Positions 21,926 through 32,606 of a stretch of 64,000 nucleotides of DNA are shown piece by piece. Origin of the DNA: an uncultured Methylomirabilota bacterium (GTDB lineage Bacteria; Methylomirabilota; Methylomirabilia; Methylomirabilales; 2-02-FULL-66-22); contig OY970067.1 of NCBI GenBank assembly GCA_963705305.1, positions 4,256,001-4,320,000 on the forward strand. The letters run 5' to 3'. The position numbers were made by a program, and so were the translations under genes. The notes under the pieces are model-generated. The model worked only from the letters and a program-made list of their open reading frames with translations. It searched no databases and was not told where the DNA came from. Every line of letters begins with the position of its first letter. Position 1 is the first letter of the stretch.

Positions 21926-23270
21926 GCTCTTCCGCGGGCATCCCGTGAAGGGACCAGTCCACCAGTTCCACCGGATGCACCGTGCGGGTTGCCAGCCCCG
22001 CCTGACGCAGACCGGCCGCGATCTGCAGCAGGCAGCCGATGTTTCCCGCGGCCACGTAGGAGGCTCCCGTCTCCTGGATGTGGGCCACCTTCCGCTGCAG
22101 CAGGCGGCCCGCCATTCCGGTCTGGACCAAATTGTAGATGCCGGCGCTGCCGCAGCAGACGTTGGATTCCGTCAAATCCGCCAGCGTGAGACCCGGGATC
22201 TGCGCCAGGATCGCTCGAGGCTCCCTGCGGAGGCGCTGCGCATGGGCCAGGTGGCAGGCCTCGTGATACGCCACGGTGAGCGGCACGGATCCCAGCGCAC
22301 CGTTCCACATGACCTCGGAGAGAACCTGGGAGATGTCCCGCACCGAGCTGCTGAACTTCTCTGCGCGTGCGCGCCATGCCGGCTCGTCGCGCAAGAGCTC
22401 CCCGTACTCCTTCATGGCCGCTCCGCAGCCCGCGGCATTGGCGACGATCAGCTCGACGCAGGCCTGCTCGAATGTTTCGATCAGGGCTTTGGCCAGCTTC
22501 CTTCCCTCGCCCGGATCGCCGGCATGCAGGTGCAGCGCCCCGCAGCAGCCCTGGCCCTCGGGTGTGACCACCTCGTAGCCCGCCGCAGCCAGCACGCGGA
22601 CCGACGCGCGGTTGATGCGGGGCAGCAGGAACCGCTGGGCGCAGCCGGTCATGAAGCCTACCCGTCCGCGGAGCTTCCCCACGGCGGGCGTGACCGGCGG
22701 AAGCGGCCGGCGTTCCGCCGAAGAGGGAACGGCCGGCAACAGCGCCTCCATCTGCGCCAGCCGCGACGACAGGAGGGACAGGATCCCGGAGCCCCGAACC
22801 GCCCGCGCGATCCCCAGCCGCTGGTACCAGTACAAGAGCGGCACCAGGCGCCCCAGGCGTTCCGGGTACGGCAACAGATGCGCCAGCAGCCAGCGGACCA
22901 GACGATCCCCGCCCGGCCGCCGATAATGCTCTTCGACCTGCTCGCGCGCCGCCTCCAGCATCGACCCGTAGGGAACGCCCGACGGGCAGGCCGCCTGGCA
23001 GGCCAGGCACCCCAGGCACTGATCCAGGTGCTTGACGATGGCGCCGCTGAAGCCGGCCGTCCCTTCGTCCAGCGCCTGCACCATGCTGATGCGGCCGCGT
23101 GGAGAGGCCATCTCCATCCCGGTCACCAGGTACGTGGGGCAGGACGGAAGACACAGGCCGCAGTGCACGCAGTCCTGGAATCCTTTCCAGGACAGGTGGC
23201 CGGCGGCGGAGGAGCAGTGCGGCATATCCCCTGCCCCGTTCGCCGCCGTCATTGTCGTCGTTGTCGTCAT
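21918..23270 (-). CDS. glcF: Glycolate oxidase Fe-S subunit
   Basis: CVHCGLCLPSCPTY, CLGCLACQAACPSGV, GCCGALH, YHEACHL, CCGSAGIYN. Confidence 0.9.
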   Translation of the reverse strand: MTTTTTMTAANGAGDMPHCSSAAGHLSWKGFQDCVHCGLCLPSCPTYLVTGMEMASPRGRISMVQALDEGTAGFSGAIVKHLDQCLGCLACQAACPSGVPYGSMLEAAREQVEEHYRRPGGDRLVRWLLAHLLPYPERLGRLVPLLYWYQRLGIARAVRGSGILSLLSSRLAQMEALLPAVPSSAERRPLPPVTPAVGKLRGRVGFMTGCAQRFLLPRINRASVRVLAAAGYEVVTPEGQGCCGALHLHAGDPGEGRKLAKALIETFEQACVELIVANAAGCGAAMKEYGELLRDEPAWRARAEKFSSSVRDISQVLSEVMWNGALGSVPLTVAYHEACHLAHAQRLRREPRAILAQIPGLTLADLTESNVCCGSAGIYNLVQTGMAGRLLQRKVAHIQETGASYVAAGNIGCLLQIAAGLRQAGLATRTVHPVELVDWSLHGMPAEERF

Positions 23271-23300
23271 GGGTCCCGTCGGGTTGTGCAGCGCCGCCGG

Positions 23301-24647
23301 TCAGATGCGGCCCACGTAGCGGCCTGGATTCAAGATCCCGTTCGGGTCGAAGGCGGCCTTCATGCGCCGCATCACCCCCAGCCATTCGGGGGTCCCTCCC
23401 CACACATCGAATCCTTCGAGAGCCTCCGGCGAGGCAGCCTGGACCACCAGAAAGCCGCCCAGACCCTCCACCGCGTCCCTGGCGGCCCGCACGGCCTCGG
23501 CAAGCTCGTCGGCGGTTCGCGCGCGGACCTCTCCCCGCAGGCCGCCCGCCGCCACCGTTGCCGCGATGGCCACCTCCCCTTTCCCCCGGCAGGCCTCCTG
23601 GATCGCCTGCATGGCCTTGGCGCACTCCGACGGCAGGACGCCTGCGCGCCACACGGCGCGCTGGTCCGTTCCCCCCCGGCCGGCCCAGAACAGGTCGCGG
23701 ACGCCCTGCCAGGTGCTGTCCCGATTCTCCAGCACCGTCATTCCGACACCGGTCTGCTGGGCGAACTCCGTCAGGACGGCTTCCTGCTGCTCCAGCGCCT
23801 CGGCGATGCCCGCACAGGACACCAGCAGCGTCGCACCCTCCCCGGATCCCCCGCAGGCCCGCCAGGCCCCCGCCTCCAGCAGCTCGACCCGGCTCGGCGA
23901 AAGATGCGACCCAAGGATCCGGATGGCCAAAGCCTGGCCCGAAGTCAGGTCCGGCAGGTTGAATCGCCATTCCCGTTTCTTGGCCGGCAGCGGGTAGAGA
24001 CGAAGGGTGGCCTCCAGAATCACCCCCAACGTCCCGCAAGAGCCGAGGTAGAGCTTGGTGATGTCGTAGGCCGTGGCGTTCTTCACCACCTTGGCCCCCG
24101 CCCGTGTGAGCGTGCCGTCCGCCAGCATCACCCGGGCGCCCAGCACCAGATCGCGGGCCGTCCCGTAGCGGGTGCGGAGCGGCCCCGAAAGACCCAGGGC
24201 CAGGGCGCCTCCCAGGCTGGCCTGCTCTGCCAGCGGCGGGTCCAGAGGCAGAAATTGCCCGCGCTCGCCAAGGAGCCGCTGCAGGTCGCCCAGCCGGATG
24301 CCGGCCTGGGCCGTAGCCGTCATGTCGTCGGGCTCGTGCTCCAGCAGCCGGTTCATCCGTCCCAGATCCAGGGCGACGTCGTATCGGCTCGGCGGGTATC
24401 CCACCGTCTGGTGGCAGCCGCTCCCCCAGGGAACGATGCCCAGCCGCTCGGCCGCCGCCGCGGCCAGGATCCTGGAGGCCTCCTCCTCGTCCGCGGGAAG
24501 CACGGCCAGCCGGGGCGTGGCCGGGCCCAGCCGGTAGCGGACCAGGCCATCCTCTACGACATGCTCCTCTCCGGCGATCTCGCGGAAGGCATCCGCGATC
24601 TCGGCGGAGATCGTGCCCCCCTCGGGGTTACGCTCGCGGTACATCAT
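23301..24647 (-). CDS. glcE: Glycolate oxidase FAD-binding subunit
   Basis: LPLDPP, RYGTARDLVLG, KVVKNATAYDITKL, FDPNGILNPGR. Confidence 0.85.
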   Translation of the reverse strand: MMYRERNPEGGTISAEIADAFREIAGEEHVVEDGLVRYRLGPATPRLAVLPADEEEASRILAAAAAERLGIVPWGSGCHQTVGYPPSRYDVALDLGRMNRLLEHEPDDMTATAQAGIRLGDLQRLLGERGQFLPLDPPLAEQASLGGALALGLSGPLRTRYGTARDLVLGARVMLADGTLTRAGAKVVKNATAYDITKLYLGSCGTLGVILEATLRLYPLPAKKREWRFNLPDLTSGQALAIRILGSHLSPSRVELLEAGAWRACGGSGEGATLLVSCAGIAEALEQQEAVLTEFAQQTGVGMTVLENRDSTWQGVRDLFWAGRGGTDQRAVWRAGVLPSECAKAMQAIQEACRGKGEVAIAATVAAGGLRGEVRARTADELAEAVRAARDAVEGLGGFLVVQAASPEALEGFDVWGGTPEWLGVMRRMKAAFDPNGILNPGRYVGRI

Positions 24648-26100
24648 CTGGGAAGATCTTCCCGGGATTGCACAGGCCGGCCGGATCCAGCACCGCCTGT
24701 ACGCGCCGCATGGCCCGCAGATCCTCCGGGCCGTACATGTAGTGGAGGTACTCCCGCTTCTCCACGCCGATGCCGTGCTCTCCCGTCACGGTGCCCCCGG
24801 CCCGGATGCAGCACCGCATGATCTCCTTCTCCGCGGCGAAGGCCCGGTCCAGGTCGCCCGGAATGCTTCGGTCGTAGCAGATCATGGGGTGCACGTTGCC
24901 GTCCCCGGCGTGGAAGACGTTGGCCACCAGGACGCCGTGTCGGGCCCCGATCTCGTCGATCTCCCGCAGGACCGCCGGGAGCTTTGTCCGCGGCACCACC
25001 GCGTCCTGGATGAAATACTGGCGCGCCATCCGTCCGAACGAGCCGGCGGCCTCCTTCCGGCCTTTCCAGAGCAGCGTCCGCTCCTCCTCCGTCCGGGCGG
25101 TCTGCACCTTGAGACACCCGTGCTCGCGACAGACGGCCTCCACCCCCACCGCCTCGGCCTCGATCTCGGACCGCAGGCCCTCCAGCTCGATGAGCAGGAC
25201 CGCGCCCGCGTCCAGGGGATAGCCGGCGTGGGCGTTGGCCTCCACCGCCTGGATCGTCGGCCGGTCGATCATCTCCATGGCCACGGGGATGATCCCCTGC
25301 GCGATGATCTCCGAGACGGCGTTGCTGGCATCCTCCATGGTCCGGAACACGGCCAGGATTGTCTTGACCGCCTCCGGCAGCGGGAGCAGGCGCACCGTCA
25401 CCTCGGTGCACAGCCCCAGGGTCCCCTCGGAGCCGATGAACACCCCCAGCAGATCGTAGCCGGGCGCGTCCTGCCGCTTTCCGCCCAGCCGCAGGACCTC
25501 GCCGTCCGGGAGGACCACCGTGGCCCCCAGGATGTGGTTCGTGGTCGTGCCGTACTTCAGGCAGTGGGGTCCGCCCGCGTTCTCGGCGACGTTCCCCCCG
25601 ATGGTGCACGCCTGCTGGCTGGCCGGATCCGGCGCATAGAACAGCCCATGGGGCCGAACCGCATTGGTCAGCCAGAGGTTGATGCAGCCCGCCTCCACCG
25701 TGGCCATCCGGTTGGGGACGTCAATCTCCAGGATGCGCGTCATCCGCGCCAGCACGATGAGCACCCCGCCAACGACGGGAGTGGCGCCGCCCGAGAGGCC
25801 GGTGCCGGCCCCCCGGGGCAGGAACGGGATGCCCTCGGCCTGGCATAGGCGCACCGCGTCCGCCACCTGCCGGGTCGACGTCGGCAGAATCACCAGATCG
25901 GGCATGCCGCGGTGGTAGAAGGCGATGGCATCGCTGTCGTACACCCGCAGCTCGTCCGGATCGGAAATCACGGCCTCCGGGCCGACGATCCGCGCCAGGC
26001 CCCGGATCAGCCGCGCCCGCTTGTCGGGATCCAGTCCGTTTCCATGCATGCGATCGCTTGCCATCCTTCCGGTCGCCGAGGACGGCGCGCGGACGGACAC
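24628..26100 (-). CDS. glcD: Glycolate oxidase FAD-linked subunit (start uncertain)
   Basis: PRGAGTGLSGGA, YAPDPASQQACTIGGNVAENAGG, FHAGDGNVHP, TGEHGIGVEK. Confidence 0.92.
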   Translation of the reverse strand: MSVRAPSSATGRMASDRMHGNGLDPDKRARLIRGLARIVGPEAVISDPDELRVYDSDAIAFYHRGMPDLVILPTSTRQVADAVRLCQAEGIPFLPRGAGTGLSGGATPVVGGVLIVLARMTRILEIDVPNRMATVEAGCINLWLTNAVRPHGLFYAPDPASQQACTIGGNVAENAGGPHCLKYGTTTNHILGATVVLPDGEVLRLGGKRQDAPGYDLLGVFIGSEGTLGLCTEVTVRLLPLPEAVKTILAVFRTMEDASNAVSEIIAQGIIPVAMEMIDRPTIQAVEANAHAGYPLDAGAVLLIELEGLRSEIEAEAVGVEAVCREHGCLKVQTARTEEERTLLWKGRKEAAGSFGRMARQYFIQDAVVPRTKLPAVLREIDEIGARHGVLVANVFHAGDGNVHPMICYDRSIPGDLDRAFAAEKEIMRCCIRAGGTVTGEHGIGVEKREYLHYMYGPEDLRAMRRVQAVLDPAGLCNPGKIFPDDVPRA

Positions 26101-26153
26101 CAGCCGTCCCCGTCCGCTGTCAGATCCTCGGCCCGCCGGTCGCGTTTGCGGCG

Positions 26154-27173
26154 TCAGCTCACGACCCAGCTTTCGCCCCGCCGGAACAGGGCGTCCATGT
26201 CCCCCGCGCCCTGCTTCTGCCGGACGGCCGCAATCTGGGCGGCAATGCCCGCCTCGTACGCCTGACGATCCTCCACGTGAAAGACGCCGATGGGGGTGGG
26301 GCGCTGTAGGTGGGCCAGCATGTAGGACAGGGCGCGATTGTTCTGGTCGTGAACCAAAAGATCCGCCTCGGTCAGACCCGCGCCTAGCGTGACCACCTCC
26401 AGGCGGCCGTTCGCGCCCAGCCGGATACCTTTGTCCCGGTTTTTCCCGAAGACCAGCGGCTTGCCGTGCTCGAGCAACAGAACGTTGTCCGCCTTGGTGG
26501 TCTTATCGGTCAGCGAGTCCCAGGCGCCGTCGTTGAAGATGTTGCAGTTCTGCAGGATCTCGATGAAGGCGCCCCCCGGATGTTCGTAGGCGCGGCGGAG
26601 CATGTCCTGCAAGTGCTTCGCCTCGATGTCGATACTCCGCGCCACGAAGCTGGCGTCCACACCCATGGCTACGGCAATGGGGTTGAACGGGTAGTCGACC
26701 GAGCCGAACGGGGTGGACTTGGTGATCTTGCCCTGCTCGGAGGTCGGGGAGTACTGTCCCTTGGTGAGGCCGTAGATGCGATTGTTGAACAGCAGGATCT
26801 TGATGCCCACATTCCGGCGGAGGGTGTGGATCAGGTGGTTGCCCCCGATGCTCAGGCCGTCGCCATCCCCCGTCACCACCCACACCGACAGGTCCGGGCG
26901 GCAGATCTTGAGGCCGCTGGCGATCGCCGGGGCCCGCCCGTGGATGCCGTGAAATCCGTAGGTGTTCATGTAGTAGGGAAACCGGCTCGAGCAGCCGATC
27001 CCCGAGATGAACACGAACTTCTCCCGCGGGAGCCCCAGCTCCGGCATGACCTTCTGCACCTGGGCCAGGATGGAGTAATCCCCACAGCCCGGGCACCAGC
27101 GGACATCCTGATCCGATACGAAATCCTTCCGCGTCAACTTGGGGGCCTCGGTGGCCGTCGCCGTGTCGTTCAT
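26154..27173 (-). CDS. korB: 2-oxoacid:ferredoxin oxidoreductase beta subunit
   Basis: WCPGCGD, SGIGCSSR, GDGDGLSIGGNH, YGLTKGQYSPT. Confidence 0.93.
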   Translation of the reverse strand: MNDTATATEAPKLTRKDFVSDQDVRWCPGCGDYSILAQVQKVMPELGLPREKFVFISGIGCSSRFPYYMNTYGFHGIHGRAPAIASGLKICRPDLSVWVVTGDGDGLSIGGNHLIHTLRRNVGIKILLFNNRIYGLTKGQYSPTSEQGKITKSTPFGSVDYPFNPIAVAMGVDASFVARSIDIEAKHLQDMLRRAYEHPGGAFIEILQNCNIFNDGAWDSLTDKTTKADNVLLLEHGKPLVFGKNRDKGIRLGANGRLEVVTLGAGLTEADLLVHDQNNRALSYMLAHLQRPTPIGVFHVEDRQAYEAGIAAQIAAVRQKQGAGDMDALFRRGESWVVS

Positions 27174-27174
27174 C

Positions 27175-29034
27175 CTACCCCTCCAACAGTTCCCGGATCT
27201 TGCCGGTGATTTCGGAGACCTTGAAAGGCTGCCCTTGGACCTTGCTCAGGCCGATGGCGCCCACCAGGTACGTGCCCCGCAGGATCATCAAGAGCTGCCC
27301 CATGTTCATCTCGGGGACGAGCACCGTTCGGAACCGCCGGAGAATCCCCCCCAGGTCGGGCGGCAGCGGGTTCAGGTACCTGAGATGCACGTGGGACACC
27401 CCCTTGCCCTCCCGCCGCAGCTCGTCCATCGCCGCCGCGATGGAGCCGTAGGTGCTTCCCCATCCCACCACCAGCACGTCGCCGCTCTCCGCCCCGCGCA
27501 CGGTGGTTGGAGGAATATCCTGCGCCACGTTGGCCACCTTGCCGGCCCGGGCCAGCGTCATGCGCTGATGATTCGCGGGCGAGTAGCTGATGTTCCCCGT
27601 CAGATCTTCCTTCTCGATTCCGCCCACACGGTGCTCCAGTCCCGGAGTCCCCGGCCGGACCCAGGGGCGCGCCAGGGTTTTCGGATCGCGCAGGTACGGC
27701 GAGAAGTCCTCGATCTCGGTCCGGAAGCGGACCGGGATGGACGGGAGATCGGCAAAGCGGGGGACCCGCCACGGCTCGGCCCCGTTGGCCAGGTACCCGT
27801 CGGACAGCACGATGACCGGGGTCATGTACTTGATGGCGATGCGGACCGCTTCGTAGGCCGTGGCAAAGCAATCGCCCGGCGTCGACGCGGCCAGGACCGG
27901 AAGCGGCGAGTCGCTGTTCCGGCCGAAAATGGCCTGGTAGAGATCGGCCTGCTCCGTCTTGGTGGGCAGCCCCGTGCTGGGGCCGCCCCGCTGGATGTCG
28001 CAGATCACCAGGGGCAGCTCGACCATCACCGCCAGATTGATGGCCTCCTGCTTCAAGGCGATCCCGGGGCCGCTGCTGGTGGTGACCCCCAAGCACCCTC
28101 CGAAGGACGCCCCCAGGGCCGAGCAGACGCCGGCGATCTCGTCCTCAGCCTGAAAGGTGTACACGCCGAACTGCTTGTATTGCGACAGCTCGTGCAGGAT
28201 GTCGCTGGCCGGCGTGATGGGGTAGCTCCCCAGGAACAGGGGCAGGCCCGCCTTCTCCGCCCCGGCCAGAAGACCCAGGGCCAGGGCCGAGTTTCCGGTC
28301 ATGTTGCGATAGGTCCCGGGGGTCAACCGGGCCGGCCTCACCTCGTACTGCACGGAGAACAGCTCGGTGGTTTCGCCGTAATCGTAGCCGGCGCGGAGCA
28401 CCCGCGCATTCGCCTCGACCAGCTCCGGGGTTTTGCCGAACTTGTCCTGGATCCACTTCACGGTGGGCTCGATCGGCCGGCTGTACAGCCAGGAGCAGAG
28501 CCCCAGGGCGAAAAAGTTCTTGCAGCGGGTGGCCACCTTGTTGGACAGCTTGAGGTCGTCGAGGACTCGCAGGGTGATCCCGGTCATGTCCACGACAACC
28601 ACCCGATACTTCTCGAGGGAGCCGTCCTCCAGGGGATTCGTCGCATATCCGGCCTTTTTCAGGTTGCCCGCGTCGAACCCATCCCGGTCCGCCAACAGGA
28701 GACCTCCCGGCTTCAGGTCGCCGATGTTCACCTTCAGCGCGGCCGGATTCATCGCCACCAGGACATCGGGGTTGTCTCCCGGCGTGTAGATATCGATGCC
28801 GCTGAAATTGAGCTGGAAGCCGCTCACGCCCGCCAGGGTTCCCGCCGGCGCCCGGATCTCCGCCGGAAAATCCGGCAGCGTCCCGACGTTGTTCCCTGCC
28901 AGGGCCGACTCGGTGGTGAACTGCATGCCGGTCAACTGCATTCCGTCACCCGAATCTCCGGCGAATCGGATGACCACACTCTCCCGCTGCTCACGCGGCT
29001 TCGCGGCAGCCCCCGCCTCCGACGTTCTCGACAC
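27175..29034 (-). CDS. korA: 2-oxoacid:ferredoxin oxidoreductase alpha subunit
   Basis: [39 protein letters not shown]; the true start may be ATG 29038 with a homopolymer slip at 29010-29014. Confidence 0.93.
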   Translation of the reverse strand: MSRTSEAGAAAKPREQRESVVIRFAGDSGDGMQLTGMQFTTESALAGNNVGTLPDFPAEIRAPAGTLAGVSGFQLNFSGIDIYTPGDNPDVLVAMNPAALKVNIGDLKPGGLLLADRDGFDAGNLKKAGYATNPLEDGSLEKYRVVVVDMTGITLRVLDDLKLSNKVATRCKNFFALGLCSWLYSRPIEPTVKWIQDKFGKTPELVEANARVLRAGYDYGETTELFSVQYEVRPARLTPGTYRNMTGNSALALGLLAGAEKAGLPLFLGSYPITPASDILHELSQYKQFGVYTFQAEDEIAGVCSALGASFGGCLGVTTSSGPGIALKQEAINLAVMVELPLVICDIQRGGPSTGLPTKTEQADLYQAIFGRNSDSPLPVLAASTPGDCFATAYEAVRIAIKYMTPVIVLSDGYLANGAEPWRVPRFADLPSIPVRFRTEIEDFSPYLRDPKTLARPWVRPGTPGLEHRVGGIEKEDLTGNISYSPANHQRMTLARAGKVANVAQDIPPTTVRGAESGDVLVVGWGSTYGSIAAAMDELRREGKGVSHVHLRYLNPLPPDLGGILRRFRTVLVPEMNMGQLLMILRGTYLVGAIGLSKVQGQPFKVSEITGKIRELLEG

Positions 29035-29175
29035 TCATGGCCTTCGCAAACTCCTTTGGGTGCGCCAGGTGCACCCATGCAGGACGCGGCTCGGGGGTTG
29101 CCTCACCCCTTGACCTCTGCCACGTCCCTGCAGTTCATCAGACCTAGAAGAAAAGTCATCGATGTCAGTTGTTCC

Positions 29176-29742
29176 TTATTTATCAGTACGTTCCCACGGA
29201 AAGCTCACAAGATCCTTACGACTATTTCGCTCACCCTTGATCTTTTCCTGGAGCAGCATGATGCCGTGGATGAGCTGCTCCGGCCGCGGCGGACACCCCG
29301 GCACATACACGTCCACCGGAACGACCTGATCCACCCCCTGGACGATGGTGTACGTGTTGAAGACCCCCCCGCAGGAGGCGCAGGCGCCCATCGCGATAAC
29401 CCACTTGGGATCGGGCATCTGGTCATAGATCTTCCGCAGGACAGGAGCCATTTTCCGGCTGACCCGCCCCGCGACGATCATCAGATCGGCCTGCCGCGGA
29501 GACGCGCGGAACACCTCCGCCCCGAACCGCGCCAGGTCGAACCGAGAAGCCCCGGTCGCCATCATCTCGATTGCACAACACGCCAGGCCGAATGTCGCCG
29601 GCCAGATGGAAGAGCGACGGGCCCAGTTCACCACTTTATCCAGGGAGGTGAGCAGAATCCCCCGCTCGAATTCGGCCTCTTCCCTCTCCTGCTCCTGGAC
29701 GGTCTGTGCGTTTGATTGGACCGCTATCGTGTCGCTGCTCAT
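29176..29742 (-). CDS. nuoB: NADH-quinone oxidoreductase subunit B (isolated copy)
   Basis: [43 protein letters not shown]. Confidence 0.95.
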   Translation of the reverse strand: MSSDTIAVQSNAQTVQEQEREEAEFERGILLTSLDKVVNWARRSSIWPATFGLACCAIEMMATGASRFDLARFGAEVFRASPRQADLMIVAGRVSRKMAPVLRKIYDQMPDPKWVIAMGACASCGGVFNTYTIVQGVDQVVPVDVYVPGCPPRPEQLIHGIMLLQEKIKGERNSRKDLVSFPWERTDK

Positions 29743-29879
29743 CGAGCCGCCTTTCCCGATTCCTCCACCCTGAATCCCGGGTGGTCATCACGCCGCCGCG
29801 CGTTCACCCCGGACGGCCCGCCCCCTGGTCGATGGCCCGGCCGTCCGGGGTGAAGCCTATCCGAAAATGCCTCGCGCCG

Positions 29880-30203
29880 CTACGCGGTAAAGCTCTGGCC
29901 GCAGCCGCAGCTCCCCTTGGCGTTGGGATTCTTCAGCGCAAACCCGGCCCCCATGAGTCCGTCGACGAAGTCGATCTCGGTCCCGTTGAGATACAGGAAG
30001 GACTTCGGGTCCACGACGACCTTTACGCCTTCCGTCTCGAAGACCTGATCGCCGGGCTGGGGAGCATCGAAGACCAGCTGATACTGGAATCCGGAGCAGC
30101 CGCCGCCGACGACCCGCACGCGCAGACCCGCTTCGCCCGGAGCCTCCTGGGCCGTCTGGATCCCCTTGATCTTCTCGGCAGCGGTGGGTGTCACTGTGAT
30201 CAT
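29880..30203 (-). CDS. A-type Fe-S carrier (IscA/ErpA/HesB family)
   Basis: VVGGGCSGFQY, NPNAKGSCGCGQSF. Confidence 0.95.
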   Translation of the reverse strand: MITVTPTAAEKIKGIQTAQEAPGEAGLRVRVVGGGCSGFQYQLVFDAPQPGDQVFETEGVKVVVDPKSFLYLNGTEIDFVDGLMGAGFALKNPNAKGSCGCGQSFTA

Positions 30204-30299
30204 TGCGCAAGTCCTCCTTCGAGTTGTCCGGTTGATGCTGCCACAAAACACCATGCGGTACGGCTCTACTCCCCGCCGGGACGCAGGCGATTGCAGCGA

Positions 30300-30794
30300 T
30301 CAGGCTGCGTCAATCAAGGCCTGCATGTGCAGCGGCACCGCCTGCCTCCCCATGATGACAGGGCACTTGCCGCAGACCTCTGGTCCCGGCTCCAGCGAAC
30401 AGTGGCTGCAGCGATTCAGGATCGTCAGCGTCTCCCGCACCGACTCCTGCATGGCCCGGTACTGCGACATCCGGCTGTCCATCTCGACCAGTTGCTGCCG
30501 GAGGATTTGTTGGATCCCGGGGGCGATCTCGGAAGCCGCGCGTCCGCGCTGGCGCTCGTCAAACAGGGCCTTGACCTGCGCCAGGGGGATGTCCAGGTGC
30601 TGCAGATTTCGGATCAGATGAAGCTTTCGCAGCTCGTCCTCCTCGTAGAGTCGGAAGCCTCCTTTGGTCCGTCCCGCCGGCGCGATCAGGCCCCGCTCTT
30701 CGTAGTAGCGAATGGTCCGGAGCGTGGTCCCGGCCTTCTTGGCCAGGTCCCCGATGCGCATCAGATTCTTGCCGTTTCCGTTGCCCTGACCCAT
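30300..30794 (-). CDS. MerR-family regulator with C-terminal 4-Cys motif
   Basis: MRIGDLAKKAGTTLRTIRYYEERGLI HTH; C-terminal CSHC-x8-CGKC. Confidence 0.9.
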   Translation of the reverse strand: MGQGNGNGKNLMRIGDLAKKAGTTLRTIRYYEERGLIAPAGRTKGGFRLYEEDELRKLHLIRNLQHLDIPLAQVKALFDERQRGRAASEIAPGIQQILRQQLVEMDSRMSQYRAMQESVRETLTILNRCSHCSLEPGPEVCGKCPVIMGRQAVPLHMQALIDAA

Positions 30795-30822
30795 TGAAAA
30801 TACCCCGAATCAGTCCTGGATT

Positions 30823-30851
30823 AAAGTAGCAAAACATGACGTAAACGTCAA
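30823..30851 (-). promoter_or_regulatory. Candidate sigma70 promoter with overlapping palindromic operator upstream of merR
   Basis: Minus strand TTGACG-17 nt-TACTTT; dyad TGACGT-AA-ACGTCA at 30837-30850. Confidence 0.65.
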
Positions 30852-31086
30852 TGTGTTTCCTGCGATATTTCCTGATTATTCGATAGCTGGCAGGCGATCA
30901 GGATGCATGGATAAGTTCTTGAGAATACAGTGTCTATTTTTGAATTGGTATTCCTTGACAAAAAGGAGATCACCTGGCTCTGGATTCGAATGCTGGTACA
31001 TGTTCCGACCGGTCGGTTTTGGCGCAATTGGCAAAGAGCATGGTGCATAGGGCAGTAGGCGCTGAGGCGCAAGGGCGCAGGGGGGC

Positions 31087-32606
31087 CCCTAATCTCCGGC
31101 TAAGAAGTTGAGGGGGATCGCGAATCACGCAGCGGCCCGCAGTGCGCGCGGCCCGCGGGGTTGGCATCGGCCTTGCTTGGTTTCACCCAGTGGGTGCAAA
31201 CACCACAAGGAGGAGAGCGATGCCCGACACCTCGCCCCGGTTGCCGTTCGAGATCGATGACGCGATCGACCCCACGCTGGTCACGGGCCGGGCCGGGGTC
31301 CCGCTCGTGATCGAGCTGTTCCGCCAGCTCGGGGTGGCCCAGGCCGTCGACACCCACGTTGCGGTCAAGCAGCGGCAGCGCGGATTACCCCCCTCGCAGC
31401 TCGTGGAGAGTCTCGTCGCGTTGTGGACGAGCGGCGGGGACCGCTGCCAGGACCTCACGACGCTCCGGGAGGATCAGGCCCTGGCCACGCTGCTCGGCTA
31501 CCCCCTGCCGGCCGCGACCACGGTCCGGGACTTCCTCGAGGCCTTCCACGTGGAGGACGGGCCGCTCTGGGTGGCCGGGCCCGCGGCCACGGTCCCCCTG
31601 GAGTCCGCCCCCTTGGCGGGCCTCGGACAGGCGAACCGGACGCTGGTCGCGGGCGTCCAGCGCGGGGCCCGGGCGGCGACGGCCACCCTGGATGTGGACG
31701 CGACGCTCGTCGAGAGCCACAAGGACGCGGCGACCGTGGCCTACGACGGGACCCGGGGCTACCAGCCCGTCGTGGTCCTCTGGGCCGAGCACGATGTCAT
31801 CGTGCACGACCAGTTCCGCGATGGCCAGGTGCCCGCCGGGTGCGGCAACGTGCGCGTCCTCGAACAGGCGGTGGCCAACTTGCCCCAGGGCGTGGACCGC
31901 ATCTCCCTGCGGGCCGACAGCGCCCTCTACGAGACGGAGGTCCTCCGCTGGTGCGAGGAGAAGAAAATCGCCTACGCGATTAGCGCCGATATGTCCGCGC
32001 AGCTCCAGGCCGAGATCCGGCGCCTCCCCGCGGCCGCCTGGCAGCTCGAGCGGGAGGAGCCCGAGGCGATCCGGGCCTGGGCCGAAGTCCCCTACGTCCC
32101 CGAGGATGGCGATCACCGGAAGGCGCGGCCGTGCGTTCGCCGCTACCTCGCGGTGCGTATCCAGCGACGCCAGGGGAGCCTCTTCGCCGACGGGAGTAGC
32201 GTGCAGTACTTCGCCGTGGTCACCAATCGGCCGGAGGATGGGCTCACGATCCTCCGGTGGCACCGGGAGAAAGCAGGGACCATCGAGCACACCCATCACG
32301 TCCTCAAGACCGAGCTGGCGGCCGCCGCGCTGCCCAGTGGGAAGTTCGGGGCGAACGCCGCCTGGTTCCGGCTGAACGTGCTCACCTACAACCTGCTCAC
32401 CGCGCTCAAGCGGTTGACCTTACCCGGAGATCTCCGGACCGCCCGGCCGAAGCGTCTCCGGTTCCTGCTGTTCAACACCGTCGGGAAGGTCGTCGCGCAT
32501 GCCCGACGGACGCTCTTGCGGCTCTCGGGCGCCCTGCAGCACGCCTTGCTCGTCCGGGCGCGGCGCAAGATCGCCCGGCTGGCCACCGCTTAGCCGGAGA
32601 TTAGGG
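31087..32606 (+). mobile_element. IS1380-family insertion sequence, apparently intact
   Basis: 17-bp perfect TIR CCCTAATCTCCGGCTAA / TTAGCCGGAGATTAGGG; 5-bp direct repeat GGGGC at 31082-31086 and 32607-32611. Confidence 0.88.
31220..32593 (+). CDS. IS1380-family DDE transposase
   Basis: TLDVDAT, GYQP, LRADSALY, GTIEH..LK, LPSGKFGANAAWF; AGGAGG RBS. Confidence 0.9.
   Translation: MPDTSPRLPFEIDDAIDPTLVTGRAGVPLVIELFRQLGVAQAVDTHVAVKQRQRGLPPSQLVESLVALWTSGGDRCQDLTTLREDQALATLLGYPLPAATTVRDFLEAFHVEDGPLWVAGPAATVPLESAPLAGLGQANRTLVAGVQRGARAATATLDVDATLVESHKDAATVAYDGTRGYQPVVVLWAEHDVIVHDQFRDGQVPAGCGNVRVLEQAVANLPQGVDRISLRADSALYETEVLRWCEEKKIAYAISADMSAQLQAEIRRLPAAAWQLEREEPEAIRAWAEVPYVPEDGDHRKARPCVRRYLAVRIQRRQGSLFADGSSVQYFAVVTNRPEDGLTILRWHREKAGTIEHTHHVLKTELAAAALPSGKFGANAAWFRLNVLTYNLLTALKRLTLPGDLRTARPKRLRFLLFNTVGKVVAHARRTLLRLSGALQHALLVRARRKIARLATA

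Noticed and set aside
31005..31016. CCGACCGGTCGG palindrome as a TetR-type operator
   Set aside because: Only 12 bp in GC-rich DNA and no cognate regulator in the window.
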